Shown here one piece after another: positions 1 through 12,944 of a stretch of DNA of 64,000 nt. Source of the DNA: Mobula hypostoma (lineage: Eukaryota); NCBI RefSeq assembly GCF_963921235.1, contig NC_086118.1, positions 23,996,001 through 24,060,000 of the forward strand, given 5' to 3'. The position numbers and the translations under genes are program-made. Numbering within the stretch: the first letter of the stretch is position 1; each line of letters starts with the position of its first letter. The notes under the pieces are model-generated. The model did no database searches. It saw nothing but the letters and a program-made list of their open reading frames with translations, and had not been told where the DNA came from.

Positions 1-504
1 GTCATGTGGCAGCAACTTGATGCATAAAACCATGCAACATGGTCACGAGGTTCAGTTGTTGTTCAGAGTAAACATCAGAATGAGGAAGAAATGTGAGCTA
101 AGTGACTTTGACTGTGGAATGATTGTTGGCGCCAGATGGGGTGGTTTGAATATCTCAGAAACTGCTGATCTCCTGGGATTTTCATACACAACGTTCTCTA
201 GAGTTTACAGAGAATGGTGCAAAAGGCAAAATAGAAAATACAGTGAGTGGCAGTTCTTTGAGTGAGGATGCATTGTTAATGAAAGAGCTCAGAGGAGAAT
301 AGCCAGACTGTTTCATACTGACTGGAAGGCAATGATAACTTAAATAACCATGTGTTATGGCAGTGGTGTGCAGATGAGCATCCCTGAACACGCAACACAT
401 CAAACCTTAGGGTGGATGGGCAACCACAGGAAAAGACCATGAACGTACACTCAGTGACCACTTTATTAGGAACAGGAGGTACCTATTAAAGTGGCCACTT
501 GGTG
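1..504 (+). mobile_element. Tc1/mariner non-autonomous element (truncated transposase N-terminus), cut by window start
   Basis: ORF 17-265 has a Tc1 paired-like HTH (ELSDFDCGMIVGAR..GLNISETADLLGFS.TT.SRVYREW). Right TIR gtacctattaaagtggccacttggtg at 479-504. Paralog at 60319-60870. Confidence 0.85.
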
Positions 505-1360
505 CATTTAATGTATACAATAGAGGCCAAACTTCTAACTCTTTTCACTCTGAAGCAAACTTGTACAAAGTCATGTTGAAGCTGTTTGAAGAGATTTTAA
601 AGCTTTACGATTACAGCTGTAGACTGTGAAATTGATGAGTGAGGATCACTATTAAACGCTTTCACTCACCATTCTGCCAGAACTCAAACAACTTCAAACA
701 CAGTTCTAGCAAACTGAGTAATTTTAAATCTACTGCATCATTGTTCCCAAAATACAGATGCCTTGATGTGGGTGAAAATCATGTCTCAAGTCTTACACAT
801 TTGTAGATACATGTTGTTGCTGCTTGCTTTAATGGATATCACTATAGAATGAAAGAATTTTGAGCCTTTTAAGAGAAATGGCAGATGAAGACTGATGTAT
901 AAGTGCTATAATTTCAGAGACATAATCATTGCTTACGACTACATTTTACAGCTGTGTGTAACTTAATTGTTGGTTTCACTGTAACATTCTATCACCGACT
1001 GTTTCTACAATTTTGACAGTGATATTTGTGTTGTAGAATGGCTGATAGTCAGATTAAAGGATAGAATTTATATGCCCTAGTCTTCAGCGAGAGCTCATGG
1101 AAAGTTATGGGAAAATATAGGTAGTCTCCAATTCCCTTTAATGGTGTACAAAATTTTGGAAAGTCTACCATTAAATACTGGTACCTCCAGCTCAAAATTA
1201 TGGCAAAGTTGGCATGCACACACACACAGGGCTTTGTAGATGTTCCCAGCTGTCCCGATCAACAAATGTAATGTTGCTTGAATGTAAATTCTGCATTACT
1301 GAATGTGCATTCAAGTGTACCCCATTGGGCCTTTGTAGTCCTTGACGCGCAGTTAAAGTA

Positions 1361-2306
1361 AAACACAAGAGATTCTGCAGATGCTGGAAATCCAGAGCAA
1401 CACACACATGATGTTGGAGGAACTCAGCAGGCCCGGTAGCAGCTATGAAGGAGTCAATGTTTCGGGCTGAATTCCATTATCAGAACTGGAAAGGAAGGGG
1501 GAAAATGCCAGAATGAGAAGGTGGGGGTGGGGAGAGAGGAAGGAGAACAAGCTAGAAGGTGAAGCCAGGTGGGTGGAAAAGGTAAAGGGCTGAAGAAGAA
1601 AAAATCTGATAGGAGAGGAGAGTGGATCATGGGAGAAAGGGAAGAAGGAGGAGCACCGGGGGAGGTGATAGGCAGGGGAAGAGAAGGGAGAAGGGGCCAG
1701 AGTGAGGAATAGAAGAAAAGATAAGGGGAGAGGAGGGAAAAAGTAGAAATGAGAAAAATATTACCACGAGGAGAAAGTAATGTTCATGCCATCAGCTTGG
1801 AAGCTGCCTAGATGGAATATGAAGCATTTCTCCTCTACCCTGTGAGTGGGCTCATGACAGAAAAGGAGGCCATGGACCAACATGTTGGTGTGGGAATGGG
1901 GACAGGAATTAAAGTAGCTGGCCACTGGAAAATTCCATTTTTGGTGATGGAACAGAGGTGCTCACAGCAAAGCAGTCCCCCAGTTTACACCAGCTCTCAC
2001 CAGCGTAGAGGAAGACACATCAGGAGAACCGGATGCAATAGACGACTCCAACAGATTCGCAGGTGAAGTGTTGCCTCACCTGGGAGGACTGTTGGGAGCA
2101 CTGAATGGAGATGAGAGCGGAGGTAAATGGGCAGGTGTAGCATTTCTGTCACTTGCAGGGATATATGCCAGGAGGGAGAGTAGTGCGGAGAGTCAAATGG
2201 ACAAGGGAATCATGGAGGGAGCAATCCCTGTGGAAAGCGGAGAGTTGGGGGAGGGGGGAAGTAAATACGTGTTAGTTGGTAGGATCCCTTTGAAGATGGT
2301 GGAAGT
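1361..2306 (-). mobile_element. Penelope-like (Neptune-type) 3' fragment with pseudo-LTR
   Basis: Shares the terminal repeat (aacacaagagattctgcagatgctgg...), the purine-rich tract and GIY-YIG remnants with 27399-28396 and 52815-53858. Confidence 0.75.
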
Positions 2307-3107
2307 TAAACTTTGTTACCTTTATTCTTCAAGATACTTTGAATGATTTAAAGTTTGGAAATGCTAGTAAAGAATTCCTTGTAAATGTAAATCATTGTGA
2401 ATAGATTAATTCCTGGGAACAATTTAAATACTCAAGCAGTAGTAAATCAAGGCAACTGGACTTGCTGTGTTGTCCAGAAAAATTTTGCCGCTCATCCGAG
2501 TGGCTTCTTCAGTTCTAATACGTGGTGGATAGTTTTCCGGTTTATAAACTCTGTGAGTTGTTTAAAGGTATAGCGATCTCATGAGGGTTGTTAAGAATCA
2601 CAGAGGTAATGAGAGGGTCAATGATCTTATCTTTGCATGAATGGAGGTGTGAACCGTTGTGAGGATGTCAGGGTAAAGATGTTAGGACTACAGAGTACGT
2701 AGCTGGTTGATGGAGTTGTACCTCACCCCTCTGTTCAGCGATGGGTTTTCCAGATTGACAAAGATGCCTTCTTTAACCCCTCTTTCAAACCACCTGACCT
2801 CCCTGTCTAAAATGTGCACATTGTTATCATCATCAAGGCATGACTGCTCAAGCACATGGACGTCAACAAGTTAGATTGGCAAGAAGGATTTAAAAGAAGA
2901 CAGGTTTTCCTCAGCGGTTTGATCAAGGCACGACTGTGCAAGTGTGTGGACGTCAGTGAGTTAGACTGGCAGGAAGAATTTAAAAGAAGACAGCTTTATA
3001 GAGCGGGCAACAGAGTAGATGGAGACAGAGTAGGAGAACTTTGGTTCAACAGGGCTTTGGCGTTAACGAGTCGAGGCAAGGTAAGCTTATTGTGAGGAAT
3101 AGGAAGT

Positions 3108-4057
3108 ATGTCTGTAAGGCCGGTGTTCTGTACTGGGTGTCAGATGTGGGATGTCCAGGAGATTCCCAGTCTCTTGGACGGCCACATCTGCACCAGGTGC
3201 ATCGAGCTGCATCTCCTTAGGGATCGCATTAGGGAATTGGAGATAAAGCTCGAAGACCTTCGTCTGTTCAGGGGAAGTGAGGAGGTGATAGCAAGGAGCT
3301 TTTGGCAAGTCGTCATGCCACGGCCTTAGGAGACAGATAAGTGGGTAAAAGTCAGGAGTGGGAAGGGCAAGAGTCAGATACTAGAGAGAACCCCCATCCT
3401 GTCCCCCTTAACAATAAGTACTCCAGTTTGAGTACTATTGGGGGGAACGGCCTACCTGGGGAAGAACAGTGAAATCAAGCAGCAGATAGGGAGACAGATT
3501 CTGGCACAGAGTCTGGCCCTGCGGCTCAGAAGGGTAGGGAAAGGAAGAAGGCAACAGTAATAGGGGACTCTGTAGTTAGGGGATCAGACAGGTGATTCTG
3601 TGGAGTCAGGAAAGAAACACGAATGGTAGTATGCCTTCCAGGTGCCAGGGTCCGGGATGTTTCTGATCGTATCCACGATATCCTGAAGTGGGAAGGTGAA
3701 CAGCCAGAGGTCGTAGTGCATATTGGTGCCAACGACACAGGTAGGAAAAAGGAGGAGGTCCTGAGAACAGACTACAGGGAGTTAGGAAGGAAGTTGAGAA
3801 GCAGGACCTCAAAGGTAGTAATCTCGGGATTACTGACTGTGCCATGTGACAGTGAGTTTAGGAATAGAGTGAAGTGGAGGATAAATGCGTGGCTGAGGGA
3901 TTGGAGCAGGGGGCAGGGATTCAGACTTCTGGATCATTGGGACCTCTTTTGGGGCAGGCGTGACATGTACAATAAGGATGGGTTGCACTGGAATCCGAGG
4001 GGGACCAATATCCTGGCAGGGAGGTTTGCTAAGGCTATTGGGGAGAATTTAAACTAG
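3108..4057 (+). pseudogene. CR1 ORF1 (zinc finger, coiled coil, SGNH esterase), disrupted
   Basis: CTGC...CTRC, heptad leucines (LRDRIRELEIKLEDL), IGDS, HIGANDT, DGLHWN. Stops and frameshifts present. Confidence 0.85.
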
Positions 4058-4199
4058 AATTGCTGAGGGGAGGGGTGGGAACTGAACTGAAAAGACAGAG
4101 GAAGAAGCCGTTGACTCACAAATTGAGAAAGCTTGGAGAGTATGAAAAAGGGGTGATAGACAAGTGATAGAGAAGGGATACGCTCAGACCAATAGTTTG

Positions 4200-5885
4200 A
4201 GATGTGTCTATTTTAATTAAAGATGCATCATGAATAAAGTGGATTTTCTGAGAGCGTGGATCAGTACTTGGAGCTATGATGTTGTGGCCATTACAGAGAC
4301 TTGGATGGCTCAGGGGCAGGAATGATTACTTAGAGTGCCAGGCTTTAGATGTTTCAGAAAGGACAGGGAAGGAGGCAAAAGAGGTGGGGGCATGGCACTA
4401 CTGATCAGAGATAGTGTCACGGCTGCAGAAAAGGAGGAAGCCATGGAGGGATTGTCTACTCAGTCTCTGTGGGTGGAAGTTAGAAACAGGAAGGGGTCAA
4501 TAACTCTACTGGGTGGTTTTTAGAGACCACCCAATAGTAACAGGAGCAGATGGGGAGACAGATTCTGGAAATGTGTAATAATAACAGGGCCATCATGGTG
4601 GGAGATTTTAATTTCCCAAATATTGAATGGCATCTCCCTAGAGCAAGGGCTTTAGATGAGGTGGAGTTTGTTAGGTGTGTTCAGGAAGGTTTCTTGACAC
4701 AATATGTAGATAAGCCTACAAGAGGAAAGGCTGTACTTGATCTGGTATTGGGAAATGAACCTGGTCAGGTGTCAGGTCTCTCAGTGGGAGAGTATTTTGG
4801 AGATAGTGATCACAATTCTATCTCCTTTACCACAGCATTGGAGAGGGATAGGAACAGACAAGTTAGGAAAGTGTTTTATTGGAGTAAGGGGAAATATGAA
4901 GCTCTCAGGCAGGAACTTGGAAGTGTAAATTGGGAACAGATGTTCTCAGGGAAATATACAGCAGAAATGTGGCAAATGTTCAGGGGATATTTGTGTGACT
5001 TTCTGCATAGGTATGTTCCATTGAGACAGGGAAAGGATGGTAGGGTACAGGAACCGTGGTGTACAAAGGCTTTTGAAAATCTAGTCAAGAAGAAAAGAAA
5101 AGCTTACAAAAGGTTCAAAAAACTAGGTAATGATAGAAATCTAGAAGATTATAAGGCCAGCAGGAAGGAGCTTAGGAATAAAATTAGGAGAGCTAGAAGC
5201 AGCCATGAGAAAGTCTTGGCAAGCAAGATTAAGGAAAACCCCAAGGCAGTCTACAAGTATGTGAAGGGCAAGTGGATAGGACGTGAGAGAGTAGGACTAA
5301 TCAAGTGTGACAGTGAAAAGTGTGTATGGAACCGGAGGAGATCACAGAGGTACTGAATGAATACTTTGCTTCAGTATTCAACTCAGAAACAGATTTTGGT
5401 GATTGTAGAGATGACCTACAGTGGACTGAAAAGCTTGAGCATGTAGATATTAAGAAAGAGGATGTGCTGGAGCTTTTGGAAAGCATTAAGTTGGATAAGT
5501 CTCTGGGACGGGACGAGATGTACCCCAGGCTATTGTGGGAGGTGAGGGAAGAGATTGCTGAGCCTCTGGCAATGATCTTTCCATCATCAATGGGGATGGG
5601 AGAGGTTCCAGAGGATTGGAGGGTTGCAGATGTTGTTCCTTTATTCAAGAAAGGGGGTAGAGATAGCCCAGGAAATTATAAAACAGCGAGTCTTACTTCA
5701 GTGGTTGGTAAGTTGATGGAGAAGATCTTGAGAGGCAGGATTTATGAACATTTGGAGAGGCATAATATGATTAGAGATAGTCAGCATGGCTTTGTCAAAG
5801 GCAGGTCGTGCCTTACGAGCCTGATTTAATTTTTTGAGGATGTGACTAAACACATTAATGAAGATAGATCAGTAGATGTAGTGTA
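4200..5885 (+). pseudogene. CR1 ORF2 endonuclease/RT, disrupted and truncated
   Basis: ORF pieces 4335-4523, 4550-5356 and 5320-5829 are colinear with the ORF2 at 37609-39732. Confidence 0.85.
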
Positions 5886-6572
5886 CAGTACATTGTGCTT
5901 CAAAAAATGGAGGGCTATAGGTAACCCAAGGTAATTTCTAAAGTGAGTACATGTTTGGCACAGCATTGTGGGCCTTAGGCCTGTATTGTGCTATAGGTTT
6001 TCTATGTTTCTATGTAAAGGAGTGTCGAGTGCCCCTTGTCCTTTAAGTGTAGATATACAGCCGGGTCTTGACCTGAGATGTGAGCTCCTTCTATGTTGGG
6101 CCACCCGTTTTTGAAGTGGTTGTTCTGTTTCACTGATATACAAATCTGTGCAGTTCTCATTGCATTGGTTAGCATATACAATATTGCTCTGTGTATGTTT
6201 GGGTGTAGGATCCTTGGGGTGGATTAGCTTCTGTCTAAGTGTGTTTGTAGGTTTGGATAACACACTACCTACCATGGATTAGAACTGAAGAAGACTCTTG
6301 GATGAGTGGTGATATGTCTTCTAGACAACACAGCAAGTCCAGTTGCCTTCATTTACTATCTCTTGATATACAATGGCCTGGATGACTGAGAACTTTCATG
6401 AAAATTTAAATACTCAAATTGTTGTCAGATTGATAAATTACCTAAATTTTCTTGGCTATAAACATTTAAATATTGGCCCATAATAAAAATCATAAAGAAT
6501 TTAGAAGTTCTTAACCATTGGCATCAACTTCATTCACTAACATTTTTGGTACATGTGTACTCCCTTGTTTTT

Positions 6573-6925
6573 TAGACCTTAAGATAAAGGAACAGAAGTA
6601 GGCCATTTGGCCCATCGAGTCTTCTCCACCATTTCATCATTGACAATCTATTTCCCCTCTCAGCCGCAATCTCCTGCCTTCTCCCCATATCCCATCATGC
6701 CCTGACTAACCAAGAATTTATCAACCTCTGCCTTAAATACACCCAATGACTTGGCTGCCTGTGGCAACAAATCCCACAGGTTCACCACTCTCTGGCTAAA
6801 GTAATTCTTCCTTATCTTCATTCTAAAAGAATGTCTCTCTATTCTGAGGCTGTGCCCTCTGGTCCTAGACTCCCCCACCATAGAAAACATCCCTCTACAT
6901 GAACTCTATCGGGGCCTTCAACATT
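6573..6925 (-). mobile_element. CR1 3' fragment
   Basis: ORF 6660-6890 reads RTRGHSLRI...FSQRVVNLW, the CR1 ORF2 C-terminus. Confidence 0.85.
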
Positions 6926-7229
6926 AGATTTTCTTCTCTGAAATACATTATGAACCTGATTTGTGGAAACTGACTACTTTACTGTTACTCTTTCTGATAC
7001 TACCTTTTCACATTTTAAATTCCATGTGTCTAATTAATTGAATTTAAAATTTGCTGCCATTTTAGTGAGACATGAACTCTTAACTTTGGTCCAGGCCTCT
7101 GGTTATTACTTCACAATGCTAAAAAAAACAGATCAGCCTTGGAAGGGTGAGGAGGGATTTGAGTAAGGATTCCAAATGAACATTAATTAGCAGTTTTGCT
7201 GCAAATAGAAATTAAACGTAAACACTTAT

Positions 7230-8722
7230 ATCACCAGCACCTCTACTTTTTGAGGAGACTGAAGACTATACACCTCAAAACTCATAACCTTCTTCAGATG
7301 CACAGTTCAGAGCACACTAACATGCTGTTTACTATGTGTATAGCAGGTTTACCACATCAATGAGCTGCTCCTTGTTCAGAATAGTCAGCCGCCATGTCGT
7401 AAGAGGCAGCCAGCAGTTCAGAAAAGGTGAATCGTGCTATCAGGCCAAGGAAGTTGGGTGGGCAATTGGGCCAAGGGATTCTAGTCAGCCTACTGGACCG
7501 ACGGATTTGAGTCAGGCCATTCAGTCGAGAGATTCGAGTCAGGCCATTCAGCCATAGGAGGAGCTGGATTGGGTTTGGAAGAACTGACCTGGATGCAGAC
7601 CATGCTGCTGTCCTCTACTCCAAGGCACCGGAGTTGGTACCTTCGAGTTAGCACAAAGGTGGCATGTGATGAAACCCTGAGCGTCTATCTTGGATGTTTC
7701 TTTTGCGATCGCAAGACCCCGTTAGACATTGTTTGCTGCAGGCCTTCTTCCCTTGTTTGGTGAAGAGGCAGGAGACGAGGCAGCAGTGTTGCCTCGGTTG
7801 TAGCGAGAACTAGGCCTCAGGCTATGGGTTTGTGTTGGAGCGCAATGTCGGGGCTCGGTTGAGGGTGGCCTCTCCCATAGGTGCTGCCCTCCGGTGATGG
7901 ATCGGTGGAATAACAGGCTGGACCGCCGGGAGCCATCGAATTTGTTGCTCAGGGTCTTGGACTGAAAGTGTGTTTTCTTATTTAATTATGTTCTTTTTTT
8001 TCCCTTTCTCTCTATTTTGAATTCTCACGTGTGCTTTTGCACCTTGGCCCCAGAGAAACATTGTCTCATTTGGCTGTATCCATGTATAGTTTAAATAACA
8101 TTAAACTTGATTTGATTTGATCTGCATCACTGCATGGTTCTGGAACTGCACTGTGGTAGACGGGAGGGCTCTGCAATGGGCAGTTAAAACTGGCAATGCA
8201 TTACTGGCACCAGTCTACCTGCCAAAAGGACATATATACAGAAAGGTGCCAGAAAAAGGCCAGCAATATCATATGGATTCGACCCACCCTGCTTCTGGTC
8301 AGTTTGTTCCACTTCCATCAGGGAAGAGGCAACACAGCATCCATGCCAGGAACACTAGAGTCAAACAATTACTCCCCCAAGCCATCAAGCTGATCAATGC
8401 CTCCACCCCAGCACCACCCACCACCACTACATGCACATCACCTAGTCCATGTATTCAACCGTCAGTTGTAGCACTACTTTATCATTTCCTGTCAGTCAGT
8501 CATCTTATGTACAGACATTCCTGTGCTTGGTACCACCCTGTGGACATACAATCAGTCTATCTATATAAGCTACCTTACATTACATTATTGTTTTGTGTAT
8601 TATTGTGTTCTTTATCTAATTGTGTTTTTTGTGCTACATCAGATCCAGAGTAACAATCATTTCATCCTCCTTTACATTCATGTACTGAAGAATGGCAATA
8701 AACAACCTTTGAATCCTGAATA
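7230..8722 (+). mobile_element. Rex1/Babar LINE 3' fragment interrupted by an ORF-less insert (about 7325-8119)
   Basis: LYFLRRLK..., then CITAWFWNC...RALQ after the insert. Tail ggcaataaacaaccttgaatcctgaa; the insert ends in (ttgat)n. Confidence 0.65.
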
Positions 8723-9699
8723 ACAAATTAGATAGATCAGCTCCTTAAACATCCGAAAAAAAAAATCGAGATGCTGGTGAAATTCTTCATTGTCATGTTT
8801 ATGTGCTGTGTCCTGACAAGTTGAAGATTCAAGATGGTTTAGTGTCATTTCCAGTACTCAAGTGTAAAGGATAAAGAACACAATACTACATAAAACAACA
8901 ATGTATGTAAATATGTAAGATAGCTTATATACATAAATTGATTATATGTCCATAAAGTGACATTAAGCACAGGAGTTTCTGTACATCATGTTTATTGCCA
9001 TTCTTCAGTATGTGAATGTAAAGGAGAATGAAATGATTGTCCTGACAAGATACTCTGTGATGTTGACACTGAAGCTTCCCTCCCTTTCCTCGTGTGATAG
9101 CTACAGATGAAAAATGTTGTAGATTCAAATTTGAAGAGTAAATGCATGTCAATAATTCAAATGTTCATAGCAATGCTATCTTCTAAAGTAAATAGATCAT
9201 GACACACTGTGACAAGCTTATTTAAGTGTAGTTTCATAATCCCAAATGTACTGTATATACAGAAAAATCTCTCAAAGGTAATTGATTAAATGACATTTGA
9301 GTCCAGTCTTGTCAAGGGAGTGCCATATTATGAAATGATATTATTTCAGATGCAGTACATTAAAATCAAATGTAAGGAATATTTGCACACTATATATATT
9401 ATATTCCTGAGTTTGGATTTTTTTTCTGTATTTCTTCTATGCACTAACACATATTGCATATGGAATCTTTTCTATTCTTGCCAGTCTCTAGTCATATATC
9501 AAAGCTTCAACAGTTTCAGTAACTTGGGTATTAACAACTTATGTTGAGCCCTCAGTGCATTACTTTTACCTGACCCCAACGTTACTCGCTGATAACAATG
9601 CAACAAGGGTGCATCACTGAAGGAAGACAATGAAAACCAAATTGTGGTGGGTAGTCCAAGAAGCAAGTCAGGTATCTGGGCCCCGAATTCAAACCTCAC

Positions 9700-10630
9700 T
9701 GTAACACAGTTATGGTGAGGAGGAGGTGCGCAGGATTGAGGTAGATCAGCTGGATGAGTGGTGCCATAGCAACAATCTTGTGCTCAACATTAGCAAAAAT
9801 GAAGTGACTGTGGACTTTAGGAAGCGGAAGTCAGGTGAACATACAGAAGACTCATTGAAGGGGGAAAGGTGAGGAGCTTCAGGTGTTAACGTCATACACT
9901 ATCTAGACAGGACCCAGTACAGAAATGCAACCATGAATAAGTGCATCAGCACCTCTACCTCCTTAGATGTTTAAGGAGACTCTGACAAACTTGTATAGTT
10001 GTATGGTGGAAAACATTCCAACTGGTCGCATTACCGCCTGTTATGGAAACTCTAATGCACAGAGGCTACAGGGAATGGTAGACAGGCAATTTTATCACGG
10101 GTATAACTCTTCCCATCATCGAGGACATCTGCAAGTGGTGATGTCTCAGGAAGCAGACATTGATCATTAAAAATAGCTTGCCCTCCTCTCGGTGATGCTG
10201 TTATGGAGGAAATACAAGAACACAAGAGATTCTGCAGATGCTAGAAATCTTGTACAACACACACCAAATGCTGGTGAAACACAGCAAGTCAGGCAGCATC
10301 TATAGTGGGGGTGAGGGTGGTAGGAAAATAAACAGTCAATGTTTTGGCCCAAGATACAGCAGTCTGAAGAGACACACTTCAATGTTCATCAGCAGCTTCT
10401 CTCCACAGCCATCCGGTTCTCGAACTGATCGGGAAAATCCAACACAGCTCTAGATTATATTTGATTTTTTTTCTCTCAACGTGCTAATATTGTTATGATT
10501 ATTTTATATTATTTTGTCATGTAAGACAATTTACATTAATTTAAGTCTATGTTAACTAATGCTATGTTAACTTATAATGTACATTGCTGCTGCAAAAGGT
10601 TAACTTTCATGGCATTTATACCCTGGAGAA
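9700..10630 (+). mobile_element. Decayed Rex1/Babar 3' fragment containing a PLE terminal fragment (about 10215-10360)
   Basis: WCHSNNLVLNISK and ITACYGNS motifs; PLE terminal repeat at 10219. Confidence 0.6.
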
Positions 10631-12385
10631 TTATGCCCAACATAATCATTTTATCTTAAATGTGAGCCAGAAAACAAAGGAGAGCATTGAACGGTAGTTT
10701 ATTGGACCCAGGACAATGTATAGTGAAATTTCCTTGGTGTTATTACTGGGATCACAGATTTTTCTTGATTAGTGCAGATTATAGATGGGTTTGATATATG
10801 CAAAGTATAAATTTCAAAATTATCAGGTAACACAAAAGTTTAATGTATCTAAAAAGTGAGGAAGGCTTCAGAAGGTCGCAGGCAAGCTGATGAAATGGAG
10901 ACTCACAAGGCAGATGAAATTTAATGCAGAGAAGTCAAAAGCAATATAGTTTTATAGGTAGAAATAGGGAAGGCAATAAAGAATAAGGTTTAAATTCTAG
11001 CCATTGAATTCAACCGTTTCAAAAAATCAGCGTTCTGGTTAGCAGAAGGGTTGGCCAGCTCTGAAGAATGATCATGGACCTCCAAAGTTATCTCAATCTC
11101 TCCACAGGCATTACCTGACCTGTTGGGTATTTGTGCTATCCTCTGTTTTTATTTTGTATCTATTATTTCCAGTATTCGCAGTGCTTTTGTCCTCCAGAGT
11201 GAAATCCACATTTCTGTTCATTTGTTTTTCCTCTATCCCTTGTTTTTGTTTGTCTGCTTATATTCACATCTCTTCCAGAAAGATCATTTATGTCTTACTA
11301 GCATTCATAATCTTCACTCAGCTGGCAGCATCATCTCTTGTGTCATACAGTCACTCTTAGTTACCATCTTTTAATGGATGAAACAAATGAATACAAATTG
11401 CACTGGCAGAAGGGGTGACAGTTGAAAGGTATTTTGCTGGCAAATGGTACTAATGTAGATAAGTTCTTAAAGGTCAGAATCCACATGGTGGTCAAGGGCC
11501 AGTCTTGGTTGTACAACTCCTTGTTAGGCTAAGAAATGAAAGGGAAAAAGAACCAAAGGTGTGGAAAAAGCTTATCACAAGACACCACTTTTGATCTGGA
11601 ATGTATTACTTGATAGGGTATCAGATCCAAATTCAATTGTGACTCTCAGAAAGAAATTAAGTAAACATAAAGAGAAAATTTGCTGCTGGGTGAAAACTGG
11701 GAAATGGGACGAAATGGATTGATCTTAAAACAATTTATATGGTCTCAGTAGTTCAATGGTCTCCTTTAATGCTGTAACAGCTCACTGATAGTAAATAACT
11801 GCTGTAAGTGTAATCCCAGACGTAACGTTCATCAACATATGCAAACGAAGTTTTAATACTGCTAACAGTTTCAGTCAACTTTTTTATTGGTGAAATTGTG
11901 CAAAACATTGGAAAAAATTTTGAAATTTTGCTGTAGAATCAGGGTCAATTTTTTACCCCCACCCTCCAAACAAACAATTAGGATGTACAAGGGATGCCAA
12001 CAACCAATTTGACAAAAATTGGGACAGTACAGCATAATATAACCTTATTGTCACATATATATTTCTGAAACACATATCACTGTATCAAGTTGGGACAGAA
12101 AAGCCTGGATAATTTGTTTACCATATGTAGCTACTGTAGGGCTAGATGCAAACAGCTAGTTCAGCACAAGACAGGGTCTGAACTGGTCTTTATCCTCATA
12201 CAGCACCACCTCTGGTGATGGAGAACACTCCACATTACTGTCCAGTAATGCAGTTTCAAGTCCGTCACTGTAGCAATGCACCTTCAACACACACTGTAGT
12301 CTCATTAGGAGGATAAATCCTGTTCTCCTAGTAGCCAACATGTACAATTTCAATAGATAATGCAGTAGATATTCTTTTCAGACAA

Positions 12386-12870
12386 ACTTTCAGTTTGATG
12401 GCATGATCATTGATTTCTCTAACTTCCAGTAATTTCTCCCCTCCGCTCTTTTTCTATTCCCCATTCTGGTTATCCCTTCTCTTCTCCTCACTTGTCCATC
12501 ACCTGCGTCTTGTTCCCCTCCTCCTTCCCCTGATTCCATGTTCCGCTCTCCTCTCCTATTATATTCCTTTCTCTTCAGCCCTTTACCTCTGCCAACTACC
12601 ACCTCCCAGCTTCGCTATTCATCTCCCATCTTCTTCCCATCCACCCACCTCCCCCCTCAACTAGGTTCAGCTTTCACCTGCCAGCCTGCATTCCTTCCCC
12701 TACCTCCACCTTCTTACTCTAGTTTCTGTCCCCTTCCTTTCCAGTCCTGGTGAAGGGTCTCAGGCTGAACTTTGACTGTTTATTCCCCTCCATAGAAGCT
12801 GCCTGACATGTTGAGTTCCTCCAGCATCTTGTCTGTGTTATTTCAGCATCTGCAGAATCTCTTGTGTTCA
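12386..12870 (+). mobile_element. Penelope-like 3' fragment with degenerate hammerhead motif
   Basis: Pyrimidine-rich tract, then cagtcctggtgaagggtctcaggctgaac and the family terminal repeat. Confidence 0.75.
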
Positions 12871-12944
12871 TGACATTATTTTTGATTTACTTCCCTTAAT
12901 ATAGATTTCATATTTTCATCATCACCTTGTGGCTTTAGTTAATA

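Larger units (their letters stand above)
2832..6015 (+). mobile_element. CR1 LINE with 5'UTR, ORF1, 5' part of ORF2 and 3' tail; internal deletion near 5890
   Basis: ORF1 zinc finger and esterase, APE endonuclease (GDFN, LDLVL, SDH) and RT start (QHGFVKGRSCLT). Sequence then jumps to a 3' tail ending in (tttctatg)n. Confidence 0.92.
2436..6402 (-). mobile_element. Penelope-like (Poseidon-type) insertion with inverted pseudo-LTRs, split by a CR1 at 2832-6015
   Basis: Minus-strand GIY-YIG remnant NIVYANQCNENCTDLYISETEQPLQKRVAQHRR (ORF 5991-6275) continues as DDNNVHILDREVRWFERGVKE (about 2770-2831). Inverted repeat about 2432-2519 vs 6278-6366. 15-bp TSD aatttaaatactcaa at 2421-2435 and 6403-6417. 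Confidence 0.85.

Noticed and set aside
8648..9043. ~55-bp inverted repeat
   Set aside because: Oppositely oriented Rex1-type 3' tails, not TIRs of a DNA transposon.
12156..12353. 65-aa minus-strand ORF
   Set aside because: No homology recognised; may be decayed SINE sequence.
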